From the NCBI GenBank assembly GCA_051294905.1, contig CM119374.1, positions 23,746,001 to 23,810,000 on the forward strand: DNA of 64,000 nucleotides, in the 5' to 3' direction. This DNA comes from Botryllus schlosseri (taxonomy: Eukaryota). The position numbers and the translations under genes were made by a program. This document shows, in pieces, positions 22,513 to 35,300 of the stretch (the first letter of the stretch is position 1; each line of letters opens with the position of its first letter). The notes under the pieces are model-generated. The model was given only the letters and a program-made list of their open reading frames with translations. It did no database searches and was not told the DNA's origin.

Positions 22513-24201
22513 GTTATCAATCACGCTTACCGTGTAATTACATAAGAAATACAAGCATATGTCGTGATCCGACCACCGCCGTTGTGAAAATTTTGAGACC
22601 TGAGAAGCTTATACTACACATGTTATGTCTCTCTGCCACAACTAAAAACACGACCGATAAACACCAGTCCGAAATGTGGCAACATTGGAATAATAGCAAA
22701 ATTGATAAAATGCTCTTAAGTTGAATCAGGGTGTGCTCCGTTAATAGTACTTTTCGATTGCTAGTTTGACAAACTGTGCTGCAGACCGACAATTCGGTCG
22801 CATATACCGGTATATGTCAAAACGCTAATCGGCGATTGAAATACATATATTTCGCTAGCCTTGGATGTGACCATAACTCATTCGAGTATCCAAAAATAAC
22901 CCATGCTCCGATCGATTATACCGCAATTGTGATTCTATAATGTACCAGAAAGATGAATGCGCACAATGACATAAAACAGTAATTATTACGTTGATTTAAT
23001 GACGTCTTTGATTGAGTAAAACGAGCTTTAGGCTGGAAAGTGATTATCGATTTACGTGTCGCCGAACCAAAACAGATTCAGTCATTGCAAATAATAATTT
23101 AAATACTTTGCTCGCGATCATTTTCAATTTCCTCTGGAGATAGCTGACATCGTTAGTGAGACATCGTGGATACTCTGTCTTTGGTGGTGGACTATCTCGA
23201 GATGTAAGCTACGTTGTAATTCATTGTCGTTTCATGCGATGAGGTTACGATTACTCTTGTATGTGGCTATAGTTACTTTGCAGCAGGTTCGGATTGAAGC
23301 TAATGGTGAGATATTAGTTGATTTTGATTTTCCGAGTATGTAATCTATACTTTGCATGTAGCCGATAACAACAAGTTGGCACAGATAGTGAAATTTCAAA
23401 CGATATCGTAACCACAGGCATTGCACAATGCACAGTACAAGAGTCGTGTACGGTAACATCGTGAACACTGAACAGACCCTGTGGGATGTGTGGCGCCAAT
23501 GACTCGTCTGGATGTAATTATCCGTAATTGCAGAGCAGTGACAAAATGAACGCTTCAACACTATATTTCTGTGCAACTGTTTTGTAGGTTTTTCGGGACT
23601 GCAAAATGTTTTAACCTTCTCAAAAATCTCAAGGAATGTAGGACTGTAGGTTCACAGCAGCCCCGCAATAAGTCCATCTGTCAATTCCGGAAGTTGAAAT
23701 AGGATTGGCTACACTGTAGCATAATTTACGAATGTTATCATCAGTTCATATTGATGCTGTAATAAATACTAGTTCGTCAGAAAAAAAAACGAGAGTCTAA
23801 CAGCTCATCATCTGTTCTATGACTGCCTATGTTCGCTATAGCAGTTACGTTTATGATGAACTGAATTGTGAACACGCTCGTCTCTTTATATCATTGTAAG
23901 CAGCGTGCTACGCGTTCTGGTTTCGATGATATGTGGCTGCTAATTCGTGTGACTTGATGCGTGTCGAAACCTTAATCACCATAAAACCAAGGAAATATTG
24001 ATAGTTAAAACTATTGACACTATCAACACGCAGGTACCAATGTACCGGTAGAAAATCGGAATACCCATCATTCATTGCTACCAACGTATCTTTGAGTGAA
24101 ATCGGAATACCGACGAGTGTATGCATATCAGTATATTAGCTAAAATACGAGTTTGCTAATTGCTATGCAAGATGCAGGCCTATGCGTCGATGAATGTTCA
24201 T

Positions 24202-24864
24202 TAGGGCTCTTCAAAAATGACTTTTTTTCTCAAATCGTACTGGCTACTTGATAAAATCGTTAGGTTACCTAATTTAAGCCTACACACAAAATTTGGTTCA
24301 ATTCCGGCCAGTAACCGCTTTGCTACAGGAGAAGTAAGTTTCTATTTATTATATGAAAATAAATAACGAAAAATTTGAAAATTTTCTGTTCACCCCACGA
24401 AAGTGTTAGGCTGTCTATAGAAACGATGCTCACCAAATTTGGGTCAATTCCAACCAGTGGAAGCGGAGTTATTGCCGTCGAAAAATTTGGATTTGTATAT
24501 AATAGTATTTACGGTGAGCACAACTATAATAAATAAACAAAGAATCGGTCACCGTAAATACTATTTTATTCAAATCCAAATTTTTCGACGGTAATAACTC
24601 CGCTTCCGCTGGTTGGAATTGACCCAAATTTGGTGAGCATCGTTTCTATAGACAGCCTAACACTTTCATGGGGTGAACAGAAAATTTTCAAATTTTTTAT
24701 TATTCATTTTTATATAATAAATAGAAACTTACTTCTCCTGTAGCAAAGCGGTTACTGGCTGGAATTGAACCAAATTTTGTGTGTAGGCTTAAATTAGGTA
24801 ACCTAACGATTTTATCAAGTAGCCAGTACGATTTGAGAAAAAAAGTCATTTTTGAAGAGCCCTA
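24202..24864. mobile_element. Foldback MITE with two 316-bp inverted arms
   Basis: Arms 24202-24517 and 24549-24864 are about 96-97% identical by eye, with a 31-nt spacer, TAGGGCTC termini and a perfect TSD ATGTTCAT. Confidence 0.92.
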
Positions 24865-24933
24865 ATGTTCATGTCTCAAACCACAGCCTGTACGAATTAA
24901 ATTACTTCCATGTGATGACATCTCCTGTTTCAG

Positions 24934-27900
24934 ACTTGACACCTTCCTGCCCGCAACCTCCTACTTTAATGAACGGGCATTTTCGACCGTTGAAAACAGA
25001 TTTTCCCTACGGTTCTGTCGTGTTCTACAAATGTGATCCAGGATATCGACTGGAAGGGAGTAGAAAACTAGGTTGTATTGCGGCAGGAAAATGGGACGGA
25101 AAAACGCCCAGATGTTTGCAAGGTACTGCGTCAAATTCTGTGAATTTCCTCTGAGAAATGGTAGATTTTATGCATCCCTAGCTATGCTTATATGACTACC
25201 AATCTCGGCAACAGTATTGTACAATATTCGCAGAAAAGGACAACGGGAAATCAACATGTCGAATAAGTGAAACCCCTGCCAATGGTCGCGTTTTTCCGAG
25301 TCTTGGGATTACCGTCAACATTGGGAAGCGCGTAATGTATAAATGCCGGAGAGGATATAAATTGATCGGGAATTCACAAACAATATGCGTCGCTGGAAAT
25401 AGGCTGCGTGAGCCAGTGCCGCATTGTAAACGTGGTTAGTAACATTTTGATTAGCGTGAAATATTGGCCGTTTGTTTACTACCCATGCGCCTGACGTAGA
25501 CAAGGAAAGTTATGGAATTGGGAAATGAGCCATAAAGATGAATTTTTCGACCGTGTTAGCCTAGGTAATCACAGCACGCTAGGGCTAGATGATTGCATTT
25601 TAGGATGAGGAGGGATTTTCAAATAAGCTCTCAAAAATGAATATATCCCGCCCTTCTATAGACATTGAATAAAAAAACTGGCTATTCCGCTCATACTCGT
25701 ACGACATATATCCAATTCCAGAGATTGCGATTTGAAATAATTAAATGGATCTCATAACCAAGCTACTCTTGTCAGTATCGGGCGGCTGTACGATACCAAC
25801 CAGTATAAAATTTGGAAAGCTGTCACCCAACTCCGGGAAGCTCAGATACGGAGAAAAGGTTAGAGCTCGCTGCAATCGCGGGTACGTTCTGAAAGGAAGC
25901 ATGGAAAACACCTGCTTGTATAATGGATCAATATCGAATCGGCCACCGAGATGCACCAGGGTTTCCAGTCAGAGGCTTTCAGCGGCGAGATCACTTAATT
26001 TTGGTATGTTATCTTATTATTATAACGGAGTGCTGTCTTAGAAGGTATCATCGCTGCCATGGCTGGATTAACCTATAGGGAAGGTGCACACAGGGTAGTC
26101 TCCTTAGGGCCAGCCAAAAATCTAGGATACATTATCACAAGCTTATATCTTTAACCATTGCCACTAAGGTTGCATTTAAAATAAGGGCACAAAATAATTA
26201 AGTCATAATTGTGTAAATACTTTCGCGATAACATGTAGTATGAGACTTCAGACGACTCGCACTGGATATAATCGACATGTGCAATATGGAATGGTTGGAT
26301 CCCTCGAAATCGTCAGAATCTAAGCTCTAATGATGGTGACCACCTATTGTAAAATTGCTGCATGCCAAATGTAGTCATTGATAAGATATTCTTTTGTCCG
26401 TTTAAGACACGGGTCAGAATACTTGTTCGTCAAAGAGGTCATATACGCCCTATATTTTCAATTGATCTTCGTAAGGAGCGATACAACAGTGTAAATCCAC
26501 TATGACGATATTTTCCGACCAGCTCGGCTGTGTATTTTGCGTTTTTGAGAACCCCCTCTAATATCGTGAATCGCATTGAACTGGTTCAAATTCACATTCA
26601 ATCACCGGAACGGTAGTGCTGGCCATCACATGGCAATCAACCTGATAAATGCGGGACGGAGCCTTCAGACCCTCTTACCCCATCGGGAAATATCGCCACC
26701 TTTTATCCGTCCGATTGACAAACTGTGGTATACGCGATTCGCGAACGATTCGAAATAGATGTTGGAAAACGCAAGACTTATTTGGTTCTATCGACTTAAT
26801 AAGCACTAACCAGTGTTTTGAAATTCAGTGTGCAGTTATTTCTTGTCGTTTATTACAGTTACGGAATCAGATTTGTCAATATTAATAACTGCGTTGTTGA
26901 AGCATGCTGTTGCTATTTCGTGAACTCAGGTAAAGATTGTTGCTAATCGCAAGATAAGATACTGTAATCACTCACACGTACCAGACTAAACGAAAGGTGA
27001 AATTACTTTTCAATCAGCATTTGAACACGGGGAGCATTATTTTCCTCCGGGTGGCATTTGTACCACGCAGGGTTTAGATTATTCTGTGCTGTATCATATC
27101 AATATCGAAGGTTCCGGACTTCTCATGAAGTCACGTGTTCACCAAACATTCATTCACAAGTATTTGGTGTGTAGTGGCGTGGAAATGGTCAGCGCCGAAA
27201 TGCCGATGACTGTGCGCCTAGACTAAAGTATTTCAACGGCCTCAAGCGATGCTCTCGTAATTGCGAATACAGGTAGACTTATTTCAGTAAAATATGCGCA
27301 TTTCGTTCGGGAGTTGGGTATACGCAGAATGAAACCCAGAAATGCATAGTGCGACACTAAAGCGCGCGAAGCGAAGCGAGACAAAATTTTAAAATTGAAA
27401 AATTCTGCACCACGATATTCTACCTTATGCTGATTAACGATATAAGGCCGTGCCAACATCGAGTTTGCTTTACAATTAAGCTGCCATAAATTTTTTACAT
27501 TCCAAAAATGTTTTTTTTCGGGATCGTTTGTATATTCTCGCAGTCCTAAAAACTTGTCTCGCGGACCCCAAAAGGACCGCGAGCCCTTGTTAGAGAACCA
27601 CCGACTACATCTTGGCATGGTACACTTGGTTTTGTTCTACTGAGTTCACTACCGCCTGGTGCCGGCTAGTTCGTGGGTCTCTTGTGTCAATGTGTGGTAT
27701 GTCGTGTGGATCAGAGTTTGAGGATTTCTGTAGTTCACATAAAATGAAGTGAAATCGGGAGTTGTCCAGCGTAACGCTTTTCGTTTCACCGAACAACGAC
27801 AGAGACAACAATATATCATAAATGTACCGTTATATTTTTAAGGACAATCGGAAAACCCGTTACCGCAACGGCGCACGCAAGTACTTTGCCGATTACCGAG

Positions 27901-30900
27901 CCGTAGCATCAAAAACGGGATAGTGATATCCCCTGTTGACAGCGTCAGAGAAGGAGACATAATTTCGTACAAGTGCGACAAAGGATATGCAATCGAAGGC
28001 TCCGACACCAGCACATGTTTCAAAAGTGGGAATTTTTGGCCGCGGCCTCCGGTATGTGTCCGCAGAAATCGGAAATCGTCAAGGAAAGCGATATGCAACT
28101 TATACGCGTTTTTCAACGGCCGTATGACGACGTCACGAAAAAATGCGAATTTCCTCAAAGTGGGAGAAGTCGCGAGGTTTTTGTGTAACGCCGGGTACAA
28201 ACTCATGGGATATAAAAAAACGATTTGCGGCAGAGAAGGGAAATTACTGCCGGGTGGAGCTCCGCACTGCGTGAGTGAGTGTATTAAGTGTGCTCGTAGT
28301 TGGTGACTTGACTCGACTGGGACGTTGAATTCGCAGGGTATTGCGCGGCGCCTCGCACGGAGGAGAACGGCATCGTTTACGGAATCGAAAACGGGATTGT
28401 GTTCGCGGGAAAGCGAGTATTTTTCGACTGCAAGGTTGGGTACAAGCTGATTGGCTGGGATCATACAGTGTGTCGGTCAAACGGGACGTACGAGCACGAA
28501 CCGCCGCTGTGTGTTAGATGTGAGAAGGATATTTCTTTTCGTTGATATGTGCTGCATTTTATATACCAGGGTGCAGGGCTGTAACCATCAAGTCACAAGG
28601 TTCCGAGTTACAAGTCAATCTCACGTTTATGGCTTTGACTCGAGTCATTTGCAATTCACACCCGAGTCCAAGACAAGAATCGGAGGGTCGAGTGCGAGTC
28701 ATTGTGTTGAGACTCGAGTCCTAGTCTAAGTTACAGTGTTGATTGCTCATTATCAAGCGCATGTCACTTCTTTACGACTTTGTTTTGATGATATCAAGTG
28801 CCTCGCATTCATCGTATACTAATTTCCTCACACCTATAACATATATATTCAAACAGATAAAAGACTGTTTCAGACCCTATTTCTAAGTTACCACGGAATG
28901 CCTATCGCCATCAGATACATTACCAATATAAATGTACAACAGCAGTCAGTATAGTTCCAATGTCTATACCATTCTATCAGTTCGTTTCTTAATCGCAAAA
29001 AGCAGCATTACCAAACCCAGTTTCGAACGTTAATTACCCCTAAAGGTCATCCAAATCCAAATGTATGACTTGAATCGAGTTGTGATCTTGTGAAGAATGT
29101 CTTGTATCATATCACTTGGTTGAGTCGGGTACAATGTTGACTCGAGTACAAGCACAAACTGACTCGAGTCATTGCACACATTGACTCCAGTTGAGTCTGG
29201 TCATTTTCTATATTTAAAAAAATGCCTCGAGTCAAGTCGAGTCACAGAAAAAATGCGACTTAAGTCGGACTCAAGTCAACACAACCCCACCAGGGTGTAA
29301 GCTAATCCTTCAACTGCGGAAGACCCTGATTCAATATGCTAATTTTCGTATTAAGATTGCTGTAAGAAGCCGGTTATATCTGTTTTCGGGAGAATGATTG
29401 AGAACCACGAATATTACGTTAAAGGAGAGATGGTCATCTTCAAATGCGTCGAGGGCTACGAATTGGTCGGGTCTTACGCGTCGGTTTGCCATACATCCGG
29501 ACAGTTCGTACCAAACCCTCCCGTATGCAGAAGGATAGGTAAACTTTAAACGCTATACTTCGTCCATTAATTGCGGAAATCTCGGTCATATCCCGTATAT
29601 AATGAGATGGATCGTATGAGCCTTCGATAAAACCAGTCCTAAAAATATTGCTGAAGCAGATACGCAGAGGACTGCGTAATATTCATTACTTATTGTGGCG
29701 TGTCCTTACATCAGATCCATCAGTAAACATCACGTGTCCTAGTGATCGAATACGATTCCAATTCACGACTTGACTGGATGTATAAATTTACCCAGCATAA
29801 ATTGGTATCAAATTAGTAACACTGTTTGTATGGTGATTTTTCGGACAACAAACACTAAGCTTGTGTCTGCATGATTCGTGGTAGTGGACATAAAATTTCA
29901 ATGTCACCCTGAATTAGACAAGACAGTTAAATAAGTTGACAACATCCCGTCATCCATGCCTTGTAGTTAATAGAATACTATCCATTTCTTAAATATTTAA
30001 TGCCACGAATACGCATTGCGGCTCTGTGCAGATAATTATATGAACTGAATAGTACTACTGTTCTTGCAAACCAGGCGCGCAACATGTAATACCGACGTCC
30101 TGCGAAATCGGCAAGATAGACCCTGCCGTGAAAATAGAGCCTGACCGAAAGGTTTTCGCGATCGGATCGTTAGCAGCCTTTTCGTGCGAAGCAACTAGCG
30201 AATTGCACGGACCGAACACCGCTGTATGCGAATTGGACGGGCGATTTCACGTGACACTACCTAAATGTAAGTGAAGGGTGATATAGATCATATTCAGAGT
30301 TTACCCTGGAGCCCACCCTGGAAAAATCGTAAATGCTATCCTCCACTGTAGTGTACATATCGTAAATCCGTGTTGTTGTTGTTGTTGCTGTTGTTGTATG
30401 AGTTTAATATTGGTTCCCGACTTCTAATGGCTTTTGCACCAGCTCTAATGAGAGTATTATATATCGTTTCGTGTCTTTGTAAATCTTGACCAGTTAGTAC
30501 AGGGGTGGGCAACATACGGCCCGCGGGCCGGATCCGGCCCGCGAAGGGATTTTGTCCGGCCCGCGGACAGTTTTCCGTCTTACATGATAATGTGGCCCCC
30601 GGCCCCAGTCTTCCGAGATACTTGCTTACATACGTCGCATTTTAGTGACTGTATGTCATTATACACATTTATGCGCAGCGAGCGAGGGTGGCGCTTATAC
30701 GCGTAAGTTCGTCGAAGCGAGAAGACTTGTTGCATTATCGCCATTTACGATATACTAAACCCTAATGTCATTTGTGGTAATTATGGTGTCTGTCGACTAC
30801 AATGGTCATTTACACCAGGCCGTTTTTTTTAATTTTTGATTCCGTAACCGTTGACTTGTAGCACGGCACACGTGCAGGCTTCTGTAAGACACCGCTTATG

Positions 30901-31884
30901 CCAGGGGTCGCCAACTTAACACGGGTCGGGCGCCACTTTTAAATTTCGTAGAGGCCGCGGGTCGCATGAATTCAATATCGAGATAAAATTGGCCACACAG
31001 TTGAACAACCACGCTGTCTCGTCACCTACTAAACTTCAAGGAATTGATATCTTAGAACATTTGGGGTACAGGGCTTATCGAATGCCTCGAAATCCTAATT
31101 AAGGATTGCATCGTGTGTTGATTGATCAGAGAGAAGCAGACACGGTGGTGCCTGTATGACAATGCTGTTCTCAAATCCACATTGTCTTCGTCATTATTGG
31201 CGAAAAATGGCTTTAAAGTTACATAGCTGTCGTTAAAATACCGTCATTAAATACGATTTATTCCTCTATAGGTGGATAAATGGGCGAATAATGTATCGAT
31301 TCAGCAATCCGGCCCGCCAAGTTCCTAATTTTCCTATATCCGGCCCGCCGACTGGAGAAGTTGCCCGCCCCTGAGTTAGTAGGACATATTCTAACAGAGT
31401 ACCCAGCATGGTGATAGGATTAACCAGGAATGTTTCCGAGCGGAACGAAACCGCGTCTCTTGTTTGGTCTTGCAGATAGGCTGCTGTCGAGGGTCTTCAT
31501 ATTTGGTGCAGTGAATGACTAAATGTTCAACTGTTTCAGGTACCCCACGTAAATCTGTGCCGGCTAAAAAGACATCTTGGCAATTTCTAATTCTTTTCAC
31601 TGATATATGTGGATTAGCTGGCAATAATAATAGCCATCAATATGTCTAGGTGTTGACGCACTGATAAAACAACACCGTCCATTCAGGTTTAGCAATACGC
31701 AAGAAATGCTCTCTTCCGAAGCTCGAAGAAGACGTGACCGTCGACCCAAGTCATACCGAATACGATCCCGGAGCAGAAGTCAAATTTTCGTGTGGAAAAA
31801 ACTTTCTGAAAATCGACGGCCCGGTGTCCGGTAAATGCCGGGACAACGGCGAATTCGATATCAAGCGGATGCCGAGATGCGCCC
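24934..31884 (+). CDS. Gene B: 9 Sushi/CCP domains (first and last exons uncertain)
   Basis: Phase 1-1 GT-AG exons: 24934-25122, 25234-25434, 25776-26003, 27843-28274 (two CCPs), 28337-28519, 29356-29538, 30075-30266, 31687-31884. Candidate signal exon 22446-22512 and candidate terminal exon 32454-32872. Confidence 0.82.
28574..29289. mobile_element. hAT-type MITE with GACTC/GAGTC subterminal repeats
   Basis: Perfect TSD CCAGGGTG (28566-28573, 29290-29297). Same family as 54390-54898. Confidence 0.8.
30500..31373. mobile_element. hAT (Buster/Charlie-type) MITE with nested SINE and MITE fragments
   Basis: TIR CAGGGGTGGGCAAC...GTTGCCCGCCCCTG, GGCCCGC subterminal motifs and a perfect TSD AGTTAGTA. 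Contains a SINE tail at about 30770-30900 and a CAGGGGTCGCCAAC end at 30902. Confidence 0.85.
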
Positions 31885-32107
31885 GTAAGTGATTGGCTGG
31901 CGGAAGCATATGGATTGTACCATATATCCTGATTCGAGCACCAGAAAATGTTTGTTACATATAATAATTAGTAGGGCGGGTACTCGAATTCGATTCGATT
32001 ATTATCAATTCTGATAAGTATTGCGAATTTACCTTGCGAATTTACCCTTGCGAATTTACCAACGAGAATCATAGTTTATTGGTCGCCGTAAGTGGAACTG
32101 GAAATTA

Positions 32108-32346
32108 TTGTTGTTTGTGGTTTTCATGGTGTTTGTCGACTACTTTGGTCATTTACATCACGCCAGCTGTTTTCGTAGCTATTAAGTAGCTACCGACTTG
32201 TCTCACGGCCATCTTCTAGGCCTTTATAGGAGACGCTTACACGGATGATATGGCGAAGAGGGGCCTAGATAAACCTCCAACACTGAGGTAGGAATTCTCG
32301 AGTCGACCTCAGTCGGATTCGAACCCGCAACCCGATGGTGTTGCAG
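32108..32346 (-). mobile_element. tRNA-derived SINE
   Basis: Reverse-complement homolog of 57350-57585 plus 59228-59275, including B-box GGGTTCGAATCC and the tail ATGACC..AGTAGTCGACAAACACCATGAAAACCACAAAC. Confidence 0.75.
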
Positions 32347-35300
32347 CTTTTAATTATACCACTATGCATGAAAGTTACAGCTTTACAGTTTCCGCATCAT
32401 TTATCGTGTTATGACGTCATAACAAGGGATACAAGAATATTGAACTCGCCTAGAAGTAGTAACTACACGATCGCATCATTATGTGCAAAAAACCTGTACA
32501 GTGTGCGGCACCGCGACTCCGATGAAGAATACTCAATGTGAAAACGTAGCAGCGCAGCATCATTATGAGTACATTTGTCCCACTCACGAGTTGCGGTGTC
32601 GACGGACACACTATCCGTCATTTTATATAGCGTATAACAGCGTTCTCATGTCTACACATCGTCTTAATTTCAGTGTCATGGTCACTGCTCGCTCTCCTCG
32701 GGTGATTAGCATGCATCTGCTATCAACAAGCACACGGCGGGATCACACCCTTCGCGGCACGGGAAGAACCAAGAACTTCAATCCGCCAATGTTATATTTT
32801 GACACACGGTCATTGATACCGTTGCTTTTGATATACGAGCCAAACTGTTCATCAGGAGACAACTGTATATAATTCCGTAATGTATGCAATATGCATACAT
32901 GTTCTTGAATTTTCTGGCAAATGACATCGATTACGATTACGTTCTTCCGTCGTTCTTCCGTTATTATTCATGGTTATATCTATTCCAGTTGCGTTCAAAA
33001 TACAGCTACATGTCGAATATAATTCATAAAAAGACCTCTATAGTCAAGCATTCATTCTGTATTGGATGGTAAAAAGTGAAGAATAAAATGACGTATTGCT
33101 CCTATTGCATCAGAAAAAAATGACTGTCAATTACTTGATACTAACACATAGCTGATGGGTAGTCTAGTTGTCAGAAACGAGGTAGGCCTACTTATTTACT
33201 TTTCGAAGTATTACAAGTAGATATGCCTATTTACTGCTTCATCAGGTGGTTGCCATTTTTGACTACTTCTACTTCTACTTGACAGTGGTCAGTTTGAGAG
33301 GTGCCCGCAATTCCAGCCAGTAAAATCTTGAGCAACGTGCAGTCCTGCATGTAAATACGGATAGTCGGATTTTATTTGATTCAAGATCGTATTGGCGGTG
33401 TCGCCGATTAAAAGGTCACCAACTCGTCCTAGCTATCCACATGTGCGGAGCTCGTCGACCAGCTCACATTCTGCAACCTGCGTGAGGTTTGAGGTTTTGG
33501 AAAATTTATGATAATGTATCATTTAAATTCTGAGATTAATTTAGATTCGCGAGGATGAAAAATATCACGGTAATATCATCTCATACGCTCACCTCAGTCA
33601 GTCTTAAATTGGCTGATATCAAGGAATGGGTGTTGAATTGATATGTAAATGAGGCAGAAGCAAAACAATGACCCAGCCACCAACGCACACCGTGTGGCTT
33701 TCTCTTATTAGGTGCTCAGTATTATTTACTCTAAAGTGCGCATTACTCTGTAGTACATGTATAGTCAATATTTATTCATTAAGTTGAGATCATTTATTAT
33801 AATATCTGAGAACAGAAAGTGCATAGACAAAGCAGGATATTTTATGGAAAGAAAGCGTATACCTGCTGTTTGCTTTCCGAGTGCGATGACCAAACGTCTC
33901 ATCTTCTTTGGAACCAAACTATTGCTTCCAGAAATACCATGCACGCAGTGTTAGTCAGTATTACGCAAGGAGAGATTACAAATTTCACCGGAGCACTAAA
34001 CACAAGTTTTGTGACAGGAAGTGTCTAATTAGGCAACGCAACTTTCTTCTGAATTTCAACGGAGTTAAAAATTCGATGCTAATTTATCTGCCTAACGCTC
34101 GTCAACCGTAGAAGCACTATGGACTACTTGGTCGCTGCTAATCGTTTTCATACATCGCGCGTGGCTCATAATACAAAACGAAAAGCCAAGGCTCATCATA
34201 ATATATGATATTATAGACTTTTATTCTCGTTTCTTCAATATAGTAAGTAATTGTACCTGTGGCACGAGTTCGAGCAGTGACCCAGTATCGTACAATAGTC
34301 GCTAAAGTGTATTGAAGGCCGCAGCCACTTTCATGGTGAAAAAGCGGATATTTACCAGTTTTTAGTATGTGACCACAGGCAAAGACTGTTTTTCTCGTGT
34401 AAGCATTGTCTGATGATAAATGTTAAATGGATATACTGAGATAGCCGGGCCTTCAGAATATATGTGTGCATCAATGTGCGATGGCTAAATCATTATGAAA
34501 TTCCAGTATAGAGTCAAGATCTGTACTTGCTGATTACGATCTTAAAACGTATGGTTCGACTCGCCGACTAGAGATAATTGCAGAGATTTGTTACCAGAAA
34601 CTGGTCTTCCTATCTCTTTGCGCTCATTATCCTGATAAATGTTTAAAGAGGCAATTTTCGGTCGTGGAATACCGTCACTGTCACAGGTTATAGCAACATC
34701 CTGACATCAACCGACGGTCAATCTTTGCATGGATTTGACGCCAACACCCATGATATCTCGATTGGCATCTGCAGGAGCGAATATATAATCCCTCATGCTC
34801 TGATTTGTACGACTTCAATGCTTGGTCAGTATTTAGAAATGCGACTTAGCTGTTTGAAGATGCGGATGATGTATCCATTACATGGGCTTCTCTTCTTTGT
34901 ATCTCCACGCGATCCGTACATGTATCCATATCCGCATCTGCATAGTCTATATCAGTGCTTGCCGATATTTTTCGTCGTGGTACACCCTTTTAACGTTAAC
35001 TTCAAACTCATACACCCCTCACCACATAACACACTGATTATGTATAGTAAGCCTGATCCAGGGGTGTTCGACCTTTTTTCTATTCACAGCCTTACTTCGA
35101 TTCAATATATATAGGACATATGGCCCATCTGGACGTCATATACTCATATTAAATTGACTACTGGGGACTTCGCATCGCGGAGAGCCCTTGTGGTATCATC
35201 ACTGAATTCTTGAGATATACCTTGTGTATAAAAGTTTACACTTGCAGCGGCACAACATTCCCGCAGACTTACTATCTTTGCACAAAAATTGGAAGTGTTA

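Noticed and set aside
23144-23203. Alternative 5' exon for gene B ending at a GTAAGC donor
   Set aside because: No in-frame ATG, a poor acceptor and an implausible peptide (SWILCLWWW).
27838-28464. 208-aa minus-strand ORF
   Set aside because: It is the antisense shadow of the plus-strand CCP exons 27843-28274 and 28337-28519, with no recognisable features of its own.
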